The translations under genes and the position numbers were made by a program. Shown piece after piece: positions 50,307 through 62,770 of a DNA stretch of 64,000 nt; positions within the stretch are counted from its first letter, which is position 1, and each line of letters opens with the position of its first letter. The DNA comes from Marsupella aquatica. Lineage: Eukaryota; Plantae; Marchantiophyta. The stretch covers positions 21,402,558 to 21,466,557 of the forward strand of contig OZ316895.1 of the NCBI GenBank assembly GCA_973895155.1, given 5' to 3'. Below the pieces are notes generated by a model that was not told where the DNA came from, did no database searches, and saw only the letters and a list, made by a program, of their open reading frames with translations.

Positions 50307-51942
50307 ATGAAGCATATAGCAGCAAATGCAGCTACTGTAGAATCTGCAAAGAATGGTTCAATTGTATGAATTGCTTTTGGAGAGATGTGTTCCCCAAAGC
50401 TCTATAAACATACTTAATGTCATTTGTGATTTTTCCATTTTTATTTTTCAAGGCATTCTCGAGGATAATGCAGCCAAGGTCTGGACCATCTCTTTACAAA
50501 GATTCTTTTCAACTTTTACTGAATTAGAAAAAAAATGAAAATCTCGCAGGCCTTTATGTGTACTAAGGTCCTGTTCTTGGAGCATTATAGGCAATAATAG
50601 CCCCTCAAAACTTGAGCTGAAGCTCTTGTTGTTTGTGGCATTTTATCCCATAATGTCCTCCAAACAGGACTTCACTCTATAGAAAGAACCTTGGGAAATA
50701 CTCCTCCCAGGCGAAACAAATCCAAAATAGAAACTTTGCTCCCTAAGCGCTATAAAAAAACACACAGAACCTTGGGATGTTTGTGATAAAAATATTCATT
50801 CCAGGCAAACAATCGAAAAAGAAAACTCTGTTCTCCATTATTAAATTAGCACTATTAAATTACAAAGAATCTCGGAATGTTTTCTTATGGAAATACACGT
50901 CTCCAGGCACATCTAATCCAAAAAAGAACTGTGTTATCCAAAGCTTATGAAACAGTACACTGGAAAATTCCACTTCAAATGAAAAAAGAAAGGTGTGGAA
51001 AAAGGGTAAAGGAAATAACCTCAGGATGGGTTTGATTGATATATTAGTGTTTTCCAGTAAATTGTGTGAATTTTCTATTTGATTAACAAATTCTTAAAGT
51101 AACCATGGGTGAAAGAAACCCTTCAGCTAGTGTAACATTTACCAAGGTAACATAAGAAACCCTTCGCCTACTATGGATAGAAGAATACGAAAGGAACGTA
51201 AAGAAATACCAAAGAAACTTAAGAAACCCTTGGGTTTTTCTGTAACATATGGCATGGACTCTATGGACCAAGAGAATATTTTGCATGGACTGCTACCATG
51301 AATAATATCTTACTTATTGCCAATGAAATTGAATGTGTCCTAATTAACTTAACACCCACTTCATTCAAAATACTCCATTTAATCTTTGTCCTTCCAACTC
51401 CATATTCAAACCTATTCCAATATATAATTCTTCATCGCTCCAACTTGTTGCATAACATCTTACATAACCAAGGGGTCCTCGAACTAATTTCCCAAAAAGC
51501 CATACAAAACACTCATTCCAGGTAAAACTAATCCAAAGTAACATAAAAAGAAACCAGGGGTGGTTTGTTGAGAAGGGCGGCAACGGGTGGTGAAAAGTGT
51601 CATAACTACCGCAACTATAGTAACTGTGACTGTGGTGGGCATCCTGCGTTTACTGATGGTACTGAACATGACATAAATCCCTCCTAAATTGTTTTTGTAT
51701 GTTTGTACAAGGTTATGAGGCCTCACCCCCGGGTGAAGCTGTGACACCTTTGGGCCAGCCTGGCCAGGGGATTATGAAATTTGAATGAAAAATATACTAA
51801 GGTGCAAGTGGCAGACAATGGATAGATGAGACTTTTGCAATGTAAAACTGAAATGAATGGTTAAAAAATGCACTCAAACTTGATGCTCAGTAACTCATCC
51901 CCAATGGTTCAAAAATGCACGCAAGCTTCACACTCAGTAACT

Positions 51943-52281
51943 CATTCACACTTGGGGATTATCATTGTAACCCGCTTGGGCTCAGTGCCCTGTGGGAGTA
52001 AATCCCATTACCCCTTCTTCGGGCAATTCATTCCCTCTTGGGTATTATCATTGTAACCCGCTTGGGCTCAGTGCCCTGTGGGAGTAAATCCCATTACCCC
52101 TTCTTTGGGTAATTCATTCCCACTTGGGTATTATCATTGTAACCTGCTTGGCTCAGTGCCCTGTGGGAGTAAATCCCATTATCCCTTCTTGGGGTAAGTC
52201 ATTCCCAATTGGGGATTATCATTGTAACCCGCTTGGGCTCAGTGCCCTGTGGGAGTAAATCTCATTACCCCTTCGTCGGGT
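51943..52281. repeat. 86-bp tandem repeat, about 4 copies
   Basis: TTGGG(G/T)ATTATCATTGTAACCCGCTTGGGCTCAGTGCCCTGTGGGAGTAAATCCCATTACCCC starts at 51952, 52038, 52124 and 52209. Confidence 0.95.
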
Positions 52282-52460
52282 CTCAGTAACTGCACATCAA
52301 AATATGAAAATATGACATATATGATATGATATACCACATCCCTCCATACCATATAAAATCTTGTTATTTTTGACATATATGGTATACCACAGCCCTCCAT
52401 ACCATATAAAATCTTGTTATTTTCTTTAAATTGAATGCACGTGCCTTATATTACCACTTT

Positions 52461-52613
52461 GTGATGTGTGATGGCCGACATGGCCTTCTTGGGCACGGGT
52501 TACCTTATTTTCACAAGCTGGTGTTTCTCAAGCTGGTGATGTGTGATGGCCGACATGGCCTTGTTGGGCATGGGTTACCTTATTTTCACAAGCTGGTGTT
52601 TCTCAAGCTGGTG
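52461..52613. repeat. 75-bp tandem duplication
   Basis: GTGATGTGTGATGGCCGACATGGCC...CAAGCTGGTGTTTCTCAAGCTG twice. Confidence 0.9.
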
Positions 52614-52968
52614 CAGTAAGGAGAGCTCTTGGTGAGTTGGTGGACCCACTTACTGTAGGAGTCCTAAATGAGTTCACCGGGAACCGTCGTCCAGGATCGT
52701 TATTTCCCCTTTCTGGGACGGCCCGGCCGAGGGCAGGGCGGTGAGCTCGAGGCCCCGCCTCGTGGTCTTAAAGCTCTGCTCTCCTCTCTCGTTCCCTCAC
52801 GAAGAGAATTGCTCTCCTCTCGTCTTTCTTCACCAAGCGAACACAGGAAGGGCGAGGGAGCGAGAGAGAGAGCAGAGCAGGTGGTGGTCGAGCAAGGAAG
52901 CAAGGAGAGTGAGAGAGAGAGAGCAGAGCTTGTGGTGGTCGAGGAAGGAAGCAAGGAAGCAAAGGAAG

Positions 52969-55677
52969 ATGGAGGCGATGGCAACATACAGATGTGTGCA
53001 GGTAATGGATACAGCGAAGGTGGTGAGAGGAGGAGCAGCTCGGACGAGGATGATGGCAGGGGAGACTGTGGCACCGGCGAGTGCATTCTTCGGACAAGCG
53101 GGAGTGTTCGAGAGGAAGCCGAATGCGGTGGGAGTGGTGGTTCGGTCTTCGCAGCAGAGGCGGGGGGTGGTGCAGGCCAAGATTCGGGAGATTTTCATGC
53201 CCGCGCTGAGCTCGACGATGACGGAGGGGAAGATAGTGTCCTGGGTGAAGAGCGAGGGTGACAAGCTCAGCAAGGGGGAGAGTGTGGTCGTCGTGGAGAG
53301 TGATAAGGCCGATATGGATGTGGAGACGTTCTATGACGGGTATTTGGCCGTCATTGTGGTCGACGAGGGCGAGGTTGCCCCCGTTGGAGCTGCCATTGGA
53401 TTGCTCGCTGAAACTGAGGCTGAAATTGAAGAGGCCAAGGCGAAGGGTGGAAAGAGTGCTGCGGCTGCTCCTCCTCCTCCTCCTCCTCCTCCTCCTCCTC
53501 CTCCTGCTGCTGCTGCTGCACCCCCTCCCCCGCCCCCAGCTGCAGTCACTGTACCTGCGACTCCAGAGCCAACCCCCGCTGTGGCAGCTCCACCTCCAGT
53601 GGTGGTGTCTTCACACCCAGCGGCCACTGATGGGAGAGTGGTTGCAACACCGTATGCCAAGAAGCTTGCCAAGCAGTTCAAGGTGAATTTGGCCACAGTG
53701 GCGGGGTCAGGGCCTTTGGGAAGGATTGTGGCTTCCGATGTGGAGGCTGCAGCTGGGAAGACTCCTACTGTGACTGCTCCTCTCCAGACGCCCACAATTC
53801 CAGCATCCGCACCCGCAGCTGCCTCAGCCAATAATGTTGCAGCACCGTCTCCAGCTGCTGCGTCCATTGTGCCAGGCACCACTGTTCCATTCAGTGCAAT
53901 GCAGAAGGGAGTAGCCAGAAATATGATCGAGAGTCTCACCGTCCCCACGTTCCAAGTCGGCTACACTATCAATACCGACGCTTTGGATGCGTTGTACAAG
54001 AAGGTGAGTCAGTCTACCAAAAGATGGGAAGTGAGAACTATGCTTTTCTATGGTCTTTCATCTGAGGGTTTTTAAAATTAAGGTGACTTCAAGGTTTTTC
54101 ATTTAAAGGACCAATTTTTCACTGACGAGCATGAGAGTTCTCAAATATGAGCCACAACTTCCACTGTTAGAGACTCTCTCTTTAAGAAGATTGTCCAGGA
54201 AAATCGGTAGTGAGTAAAAGTCTTAAGCAGTGATCTGCAGACCACATTATGTATATTATGGCTGTCATTGTATAACAAGGGGTTCACATCCGTATCTCCG
54301 TCTGTTTTCTAAAAAGTTGGACCCGAAGTGAGGCTCAGGGCTCGACCCTCACTTGCCTGATCTTATTCGTTTAAAAAATATCCGATGAAGGAAATGTCTA
54401 TCATGTACTCACGTTAATTTCGTTGCTGCCTGAATGACATGAACAGATCAAGTCGAAGGGAGTGACTATGACCGCGATGTTGGCCAAAGCGGTTGCTCTT
54501 GCTTTGGAGAAACACCCAGTGGTGAATGCCACTTGCAAAGATGGACAGAGCTTCACGTACAACAGCAGCGTGAACATCGCTGTGGCTGTCGCTTTGGATG
54601 GTGGCCTCCTGACTCCTGTTCTTGCTGATGCAGACAAGGTTAGTACACTTTTAAAATCACGTGCTCCGAGAGGTCTTAGTAGGTTCGTCAGCTGGACACT
54701 TTCTGTACTACCCCGCCTCTCAAGGGATCATTGACGTTGATTGGAAACTTTTGACCTTCTAGTTTTACTCGTTGGGTTTGTACAGGTCGATATCTACTCA
54801 CTTTCAAGGAAATGGAAGGAGCTCGTTTCTAAAGCGCGGTCTAAGAGTCTTACACCCGCAGAATTCTCAACAGGTCTTGCTGCCTTGACACCTTTATACT
54901 GGCTGTGATACAATGGATTGTTTAAGCATCATTGGAAGTGGCATGATCTGCACTAGTCCATGTGAGATGCTCTTGCTCTGAAGTTATGTGTTTGATGAAA
55001 ACCAGAAACCGCACGACACTGCACTAAAGTACGGCTGCAATAGTTCAATCAATGTATATGACCTTGCTGACTAGTAGGATCGCACGTGCAGGAACTTTTG
55101 CACTATCTAATCTCGGAATGTTTGGAGTGGACCGGTTCACCGCTATCCTTCCCCCTGGCATGGTGAGTTTTTCCCGTTTAATGGTGCTTGGGGTCTTGGA
55201 TGTGAACCCCTTGTTATAAGGTTCTTGCCTTTCGGTCTCGTAGTGGATTGCTTACTGGCTGGGTCATTGTGTAGGGTGCAATCATGGCAGTCGGAGCTTC
55301 CCAACCATCTCTTGTGGCATCGAAGGATGGTTCCTTTTCAGTGAAGTCCCAGATGCAGGTAATGACGAGCTTCCCAGTCTCTAAGATGTGGATTTGTACT
55401 GCATTTCTCTGTCAAGAACCGTTGCTACTATTGGGAATGTGTACACTCTGTCGTTTTTGCTCGTAGTTGGTTGTGACGCATGGCATATCTCGAAGAAAGA
55501 GAATAGCGTGGTTAATCCGTATCACACGTATTTCCTAACGGCATGCCTTAACAAATTTGGTGTGTGTTGCAGGTCAATGTGACAGCTGATCACAGGATTG
55601 TTTATGGCGGTGATCTGGCCGAATTCTTGCAAACTTTTGCAGCCATTGTTGAGGATCCCAAGGATCTGGTTTTGTAA
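52969..55677 (+). CDS. LTA2: Plastid pyruvate dehydrogenase E2 (dihydrolipoyllysine-residue acetyltransferase), about 524 aa
   Basis: Exons 52969..54003, 54447..54638, 54786..54873, 55092..55162, 55275..55358, 55573..55677, all GT-AG and in frame. It has a transit-peptide-like N-terminus, a lipoyl domain (EIFMPALSSTMTEGKIVSW...ESDKADM), an E3-binding region (ATPYAKKLAK...GSGPLGRI) and the catalytic ADHRIVYG. Confidence 0.95.
53469..53520 (+). repeat. Coding (CCT)n-(GCT)n microsatellite giving a poly-Pro/poly-Ala linker in E2
   Basis: About 12 CCT followed by GCT repeats, read directly. Confidence 0.9.
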
Positions 55678-57299
55678 TCCCCAAACACTTACACAGCCAA
55701 TTCTGCATCCACTTCATCAGTGATAGAGCCCCCCCGCACAGCCTGCTTTTATTTCCACTTCGTGTATCTACGGGTGGGTCCATTCCAAGGCTTCTCGTGA
55801 TTCTTTTGCACACCCCCCTATCTTGGGCGTTGAGATCATGTCCCAGGGACATGATGTGACTAGTTGGGTAGAATTTTATTTGTTGCTGGAGCCATGGAAG
55901 GAATGCCATTGAGCATGATTGGCTCGTGGCATTTACCGTAAGAACAATTTAGGAAGATTAGTAGAAAGTGTCCATACCTACCAGAGGTTCTTTGGGCTTC
56001 AACCTAAACTTAATGCGGTGAGTCTTTCACCTTGCGCTGTTAGTATACCACGGCCTTGTGGTGGACGTCTAGATTCTTGCTAAACGACCATCGAGCAAAC
56101 GTGGTTGATGTCCACACATACACACACGGGAAGCCAATTCATTTGGGGGCCCATTCCATTCCATTTTGAGACATCTACCAATGTTGGATGTGGAGCAGCA
56201 TGCCACTTATTAGTGAAAGAATTATGCAATTTTAACTTCCGTGAGAGGACGATATTTTTTACATCCGTTCATGTGCTTCTCCGAATGATGGGATCAGTTG
56301 GGGCGCACCTAATGGTGCCGGCCCAAAAGGATGAGCTTCAGTTTTGATAGATCGGGAGGGCACTTCCGAGTCCACACAGGACTGACCAGAGAGAGGAATT
56401 ACAACCTCAGTTGGAGGAGAAGTTTCGGGCGTGCTTGTTCGTTTCCTCCTACATGTGCTCTGAGTGGGGAGGTAGCCACCTCTTTTCATTCTGAACCAAC
56501 AGATTTCCAGGTGTGATGGAGTCGATGATTCGTCTACTTTTATGTCAACATTTCTGATTCAACATCACAGATCAATAACTTCATTAATACGAACGAGCTG
56601 AGGCTGACCGTCGATTCATGTACCCCTGTCTAAATTGTAATTCCTTGTGTTCCTGCCCACTCAAACGGGAGCCAACAAGGCTGACAAATCAGTGGATGAA
56701 TAAATGCTCATCTGAGATTCTTGAATCTGGGAATCCTCCAGAAATGGAGGCAATTGCTGTCTGGGTATCAAAATTCCCGTCTTTGTCTGGCTGACACTGA
56801 ATTACCTTGCTTTCTCTCAGGGACCCTGTCTACGGGTTGGTCTTGTATATTTTATAAGTCTCCAACAATTCCTCGAGTGCAGCGACGAGATATTGGTCAC
56901 CTCTCACAAACAAACATACTCGAGACTTGTTTGTTCACAGTACCGCATTCCTAGGATTTAGTTGTTTCCCTTGTTGGGCGGAACCTCCGATGCTGGTGTA
57001 TACTTGTACTGCACATGTAAATCAAAACATGCTGTTTATTTGTAGTCCGATGGGCGGAACTTCCGATGCTGGGTGTCTGCATTGTCGTGCACATGGCACA
57101 AAACACTGCCGTGGAGAAACAAGAGGGAAGAGAAAGGTGTGTGACTTCTTTTGGCCACATGTGATTCTAAGCAAAGTAGAGACAAATATATAAAACACTC
57201 CAAAAGAATAAGAGGCTCCCAAATCGTGAGACAGGGTCCAGTCAAAAGGCCCAATGAAGGGGAGGCCAGCAGAAAACCAACAAAGAAACAAGCCCACAA

Positions 57300-59800
57300 G
57301 TCAGATCCTATCTATTGGCAAACTGCAAAGCTTGGTAGAGCTCTCGGGTACCTGCATAGGGGGGGGTCTAACAATGGAACCTGATTAACTGCCCTAGTGC
57401 CAATTGTCACACCCCTACAAAGAATAGTGAGTGCCAATTGTCGCACCCCTACAAAGAATAGTGAAAGCCTGAGCCTTCTCAAGTGCAATTGACACTTGCT
57501 ATTGAAAAAAGGCCGTGATAACGAACATTGGTGGATAAGGCCTTCGCTCAACATAACAAACCTCACAAGATTGCTAAAAGCGGTCAAAGGCTAGGTGAAG
57601 TGCCCCAGAAACCTCAATGGCAAAAGGGTAGAAGAGATCGTCAAGATACCGAATAGCATAGGCTTCCTCTTTTAGACGTGCGGCCCTAGCAGCTGCGTGA
57701 CCAGGGAAAAGTTACCGTGGCAACATTGGTCCCACTGGTAGGGTCGGCAACAACCACATCCCCAAGGGGCCTAAACTCCAATCAGGAACACCATCCCGAG
57801 GAGGCAAAACATGCCTATGCTCCATGGAGTCATGGTATCCCGAGTGACGTGCAATGCAGCAACCACATCCAAAATGTTATCGTGGGTAGCGGTCCTCTCA
57901 CTACCATGACCACACCAAAGAATGTGAACGCTGCCCCATCCAATGGCGTTCCGCAGACACACGTGGGCTGGCCCAGCAAGCAAGGGTGGGGAAGACCAAG
58001 CTGGAGGCATGTGGATGCAGTGAAGATGAAAGAGCTTATACAAAAGGGAGACCACAATGGGCTAGCCGAAAGCCAAGCCCCCAAACCGACGCCTGAACAG
58101 GAAAGAAGACGAGCCCGAACCAAATCTGATGGTGCATCAGAAAGCATGCTAGAAAGTGTGTGTCGGTGCATGCAATTTGAAATCACCTATTGGATTCTAT
58201 CTGGATTTTCTAAAATAAGTCCCTCAAAAGTAGGAACCACGCTCCGCTACGCACCTCCTCGGCCAATAGGGCCCATGCTTGGTGAGGCTGGACCTGAAAC
58301 GGGAGAGCTCCGTTCTCCACTCCCATTACATAGTCTGAGAGTATACTAGGCTGAAGGTCCATAATGAAACGGCAAATTAACCAGGGCGTGAGTTACCTGC
58401 GCCCAACAACCAAGAAACGCACAAGGAGCAGTGCCTGCAATGGAAGACACCCCCATGCCTCCTTGAGAAGGCGAAAGCATAGCCTGCTGAGCAGCAAAAG
58501 CACCATCCTCTCCATCAAGGGCTCTGGGGCCGATAAGGTGATCAAAGACCCCCATGACTGTGGTATTGAATACAAAGAGCAAGGATAACAACATCGACCG
58601 GGGGGGGGACAGACCAAAGAAGATAGGAAGGGCGATGGACATAGCACATGACCAAAATAAGGAAGGCAATCTGAATGTCATCCAAAGCCACCAACTGGCC
58701 ACTGTGCAGCATCTTGGGTGAGAGGAGTCTGTAAAAAGTCCTAAAGGCAAGTCCACCCAAGAACCCTGATGCCATTGGTCCAAATGGGTATGCCCAAGGG
58801 GGAGGAAAGTAGCTTGGAAGTGGACTAGGGGACCAGACTACACACTGCCGGGGCTGAACAGACAAGCCTAGGAGGGCCAACTGGTCACCAAAGTGGATGT
58901 AAGCATCCCCCAGAACAAAGACAGGTGCCATAATGTGAGTGTTGTCGACCACTGACAGAGATGTGTAACCCAGAAAAGTGGCCAGAGAAACCCAGATCAC
59001 ATGAAAGTGAGCCAACGCAAATAATGCACCTCCAAGAGATGCACCTCCAAGAGGGTCCCTTGCCAGGGGCCAGACTCAGAGAAAATGGTTGAGTAAGACT
59101 TGGGGCTAAGAGAGTTGAGATAGAAAAGGGGGCAAACATCCCCGACAAAGTGCAAGCAAAAGGAATGAGAGATGTAATCTCTCTCCCTGCGTCCCCAAGC
59201 TCCTCAAACATGGCCTGCCAAGAGACAAATTTGAATGCATTGGCCATATCCATCTGAATTACCATCCAATCGGGGTGGATATCCAAAATAGAACATATGC
59301 CATGCACCATGCTCTCAAAACAGCTTGGGGTGGTCACCCCAAATTGATGGGGGGAGGAAGTGTGATGTGAAAGGGACCCGCAACTGCAAACAAACACACC
59401 GACTGACCATCCAATACAAAACTCCCCCAATGGCAAGTGGTTGGACATTGCCTGCCTTCTTGGCCATGGCCAAGCGTTTGGAGGCCCCCAAGAGCCAAGC
59501 CACAACAGGGGAAAGACAGCAGGCTGTCACATGGGCAAACCTGGAACAATTGAGTAAAGCCAAAGGCAGAGTCATCAGGGGAAAAGCAATCTTGCAGATG
59601 CTCAAACCTCATCCCAGAAACAACCCCACTGGAGAGACAAGGTAAATGGAGGAAGGCAGACGAAACAACCTCACGCAAAAGGGAGAACTCAGTCTCTGGA
59701 ACAAAACTCGCAACAAAACTCGGAACCTCAACCGTTGCGAAAGGATGGAGTGCCCGCAAGTGAGCAAGGCTTTGTGATATGGTGAAGATGCTAAGAATAG
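57300..59800 (-). mobile_element. Decayed, 5'-truncated non-LTR retrotransposon of the CRE clade (RT + zinc knuckle + restriction-like endonuclease)
   Basis: Frameshifted motifs in order on the minus strand: LRALHP, SGVVSGMRFEHL, KKAGNVQPLAIGG, QFGV..ESMVH, QMDMANAF, QG/DPLGGA, VVDN (YLDD position), MLSPSQGGMG, WLSASP, CVC...HILWC...RTATHD, GDVVVADP and ARLKEEAY...FYPFAIEVSG. Confidence 0.8.
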
Positions 59801-60086
59801 ACCTCATCATATTTTCTTAGATTGATTTCTTACCCACAGATCTCCCTAGGTTCAAGGATGATCACTAGATTATAGGTAAATGGGTGCTGTTACTAGTTGG
59901 GACACAGGCAAATGGAATGCAGAAACTTGTGAAATATTGCCAAAAGTGGCAAATCCTTTTAGAGATGTGGAATCTAGAAAAATTTTCCAGTTAAAAAATG
60001 CTGATTGCTAGAAACCATAGTCAAATGGGACCTATCCATATGTGAATAAGATTTTGGGAATGTAGATTTAAGGTGCAACAAGGTTT

Positions 60087-60256
60087 GACCACCCATGGGG
60101 TCCATCAAGTAACATTTTTATTTTGGGGGTTGACTACTATAGATTGCCACTCCTTTTGGTCATAAAACATACCTTGTCACTGGATTTTTTTCTAGAGATA
60201 TACATGATGGAACCCCAAAATAAAAAAATACTACTTGATGGACCCCATGAGTGGTC
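60087..60256. repeat. About 170-bp foldback with arms of about 40 bp (MITE-like)
   Basis: GACCACCCATGGGGTCCATCAAGTAACATTTTTATTTTGGGG pairs with CCCCAAAATAAAAAAATACTACTTGATGGACCCCATGAGTGGTC. Extra GGTCCATCAAGTA copies lie at about 60253 and 60283. Confidence 0.75.
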
Positions 60257-61629
60257 CATCAAGTAACAGGTTTGAATTGAGGGGTCCATCAAGTATGTCT
60301 TAGAAATTACGCTACTTCCAGTTATCCCAAACAAGAACTTCCACTCATGAAACACACACTTCCTGTAGTGTACCTCCACTTATATTTTTTGTGCGATTTT
60401 GGTGCTAGACAGAAAAGTTCACACATGATTAGAGACATCTGCGCACCGTGTCCCGCCTGCCCATCCAACCAATTCAAGATTTGAATGAAAGCCTTATTAA
60501 AGTCACCCACTCAAGCTCGCAGACCAGTACACCTTAATCTCCATCGATCCGGATCCTTCGATCCTTTTGATCCTTCTAGCAGTGCTTTCTTTTCAGTGAA
60601 CGAGGATTCAATTCTCTTTAGCTCGAGACGTTTTGATGAGGTTGTGAGGACTTGAGTGATGCAGTTTGGTCGAGCACAGCTCAAAATCAAGCGTCAGGTT
60701 TTCATTAGGCAGCGACTGATCTCCACGCCGGCTTTCGATATGTTCTTGAAGATGTTATCGAGTTGTAGAAATGCCAGCCAACTTGCCCCGGGGCATTGTT
60801 CTTACCAGCCAGGTACTTAATTTCTGTTTCAATGCAAAGTTTCTTGATGTGCTGTGCAGGGTAGAGAGAAAATAATTTGTGTCACAATGTCAGCGAGAGC
60901 CTGCTAGCTTCAACTTCACTTTGTTACCAACCAGTAGTATACTAGCCCAGCGAGCCAACTTCTTCAGGTACTGTAGCTGTTCAAGAGAAAGCAACTTAGG
61001 ATGAAACAGGTAGCTCACCCAGGCTTAAATTCTGAAATTGCCACAATCGAACTGCAGGAATTGAGCAAACGAACGGCACGATTGCACATTTCAAGAACGC
61101 ATTGCTTTCTTGAAGTGTGCCACTCTTTGATTTCTGGCTTTCTCCCCATGCATTACTAGAGCTGAGGATCTATTTTACCTAGCTACAGAATGATTTTCCA
61201 ACCCTCTTCCCACATGCTACTATTCTTTACAACGGTCAGACCGTCAGAGCCTCAGTAGTGTCTTGCAGAATCATAAGAATGATTACACCAGCTCCTATGA
61301 ATGCCTTCGCTTTCAATTAAGGTGACCAGCTGTTTGTCTTACTCCCAGATCTTAATCGGAAGTGTGGATGCCACTCTCTTCCCTTGAGATGCGATTGGTA
61401 CCTGGATAAACAAATGCATTTTTCAGTCAAGGGCTTAGAGGCTTGGAGAGATATACGTTGAGGTGGTAGAAAAGTTCCTTTAATGGGAGCTAAATATTGA
61501 CACCAAAGTGAGGGCCAGCTTTGATGATTGATGGGTTGATGAAATCCACGACGGCAGTGGCCAATAGCTCGGTCCAGTCGATGGCAGCTCGAGGTATCGC
61601 GTATAACAGTATCCCTACTAAACACTGTT

Positions 61630-62770
61630 GGAATCACTTGATCCCTCTCAACACGGTCACACGAGTGGCTGTGTGCTTACTATAGCCTCGGGCCTCCTTC
61701 TCTACATCTCCATCTTCATCAGCCCTGCCGTGATTCGCAAGGTGCTGCTGGCTGTGGACCTTTGCAACGAGAATGTGCACCACTCAAAAGCTGCCACCAC
61801 TGCTTTGAATGTCATGTTTCCACGCCCAAGTTCCGAAATGTTGTGGATGCTCCACATTCAAACCTGGAAATGAAGGAGGAGCATGATTCCAGGGTTGAAT
61901 TAAAGGCGTTACCAAATTTCATGGATGCCGACTCACCTTATGGTCTCAACCTCGGATCCACGACGCAAAATCCCATCATTGCCCATAATCAAATCACAGG
62001 AAAAATTGGAGAGAGAACTGACCGTCATCCTAAAAGGTTACGATCCTGATTGGAGTGCTGACAATGACCAATCGGCGTAACCTCCTCCATTGGTCTATGC
62101 TGTGCAATCGTCCCCGAATACCCATGTTTTAGTGCGTTTTGTCATTGGTGGATTTGGAGATGAAGGAGGAGGGGTTGAGAAGACTCTCGTTGGGATGGAG
62201 AACGCCACCGACGGAGATATAGTCATCTTGAATTGCCGCGAGAATGTAAACGAGGACAAGACATTCACCTTCTTCTCAAGCTTGCCGGACAGGGGAGAGG
62301 AGTATGATTACGTCATGAAGACCGACGGTGATTCATGCATCCGGTTTGAGAATTTGGGGAGGTCTGTAAAGCCTTTGTCGAGGATGGAGCTCTACTATGG
62401 GTACATTTTGCCGCGTGAGTATGAGGATCCCTACTCCTGGTACATAGCAGGCATGGGGTACTTGATTTCTTGGGATTTGGTGCTATGGATAAGGGATTCG
62501 CCTATACCCAGGAACAAGAGTGTGGGCACGGAGGACCAGCTGGTTTGGGAGTGGTTCAACGAAGGTGGTGTAACAAAGAACCGGGTGAATGAGAAGCTCC
62601 TCATCTATGATCATCCAAAGTTTTGGGGGAATTGTGCTCATGAGCTCGTCCTTGGTGAGCTCGTCCTTGGTACTATCCTTGTGCACCAGGTGAAGACGCA
62701 GAAGCGACGGGCCGGTGTACAGAGCTTCTTAGAAAAGGATCGCATCTCTCGTGCCCTCTCCCTCTCATAA
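61630..62770 (+). pseudogene. Pseudogene of a GT31 beta-1,3-galactosyltransferase (plant pvg3-like clade)
   Basis: The TM anchor (VLTIASGLLLYISIFI), the ILIGVLTM..RRNLL motif and the catalytic part (VYAVQ...DIVILNCRENVNEDKTFTFFS...YDYVMKTDGD...GMGYLISWDLV...GTEDQLV) are split across frames by stops and frameshifts near 61870, 62030 and 62090. DDD is changed to DGD, and there is a 15-bp duplication (ELVLG twice). Confidence 0.8.

Noticed and set aside
51943-52281. CRISPR-like appearance of regular repeats (also 41372-41583 and 44856-45078)
   Set aside because: Whole units repeat with no unique spacers, there are no cas genes, and the context is eukaryotic.
52668-53948. Several long overlapping or antisense ORFs, and the GTG-started extension from 52741
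   Set aside because: Shadows of the GC-rich LTA2 exon 1 and its repetitive leader.
57717-58349. 210-aa plus-strand ORF
   Set aside because: Antisense shadow of the CRE element's zinc-knuckle/endonuclease region.
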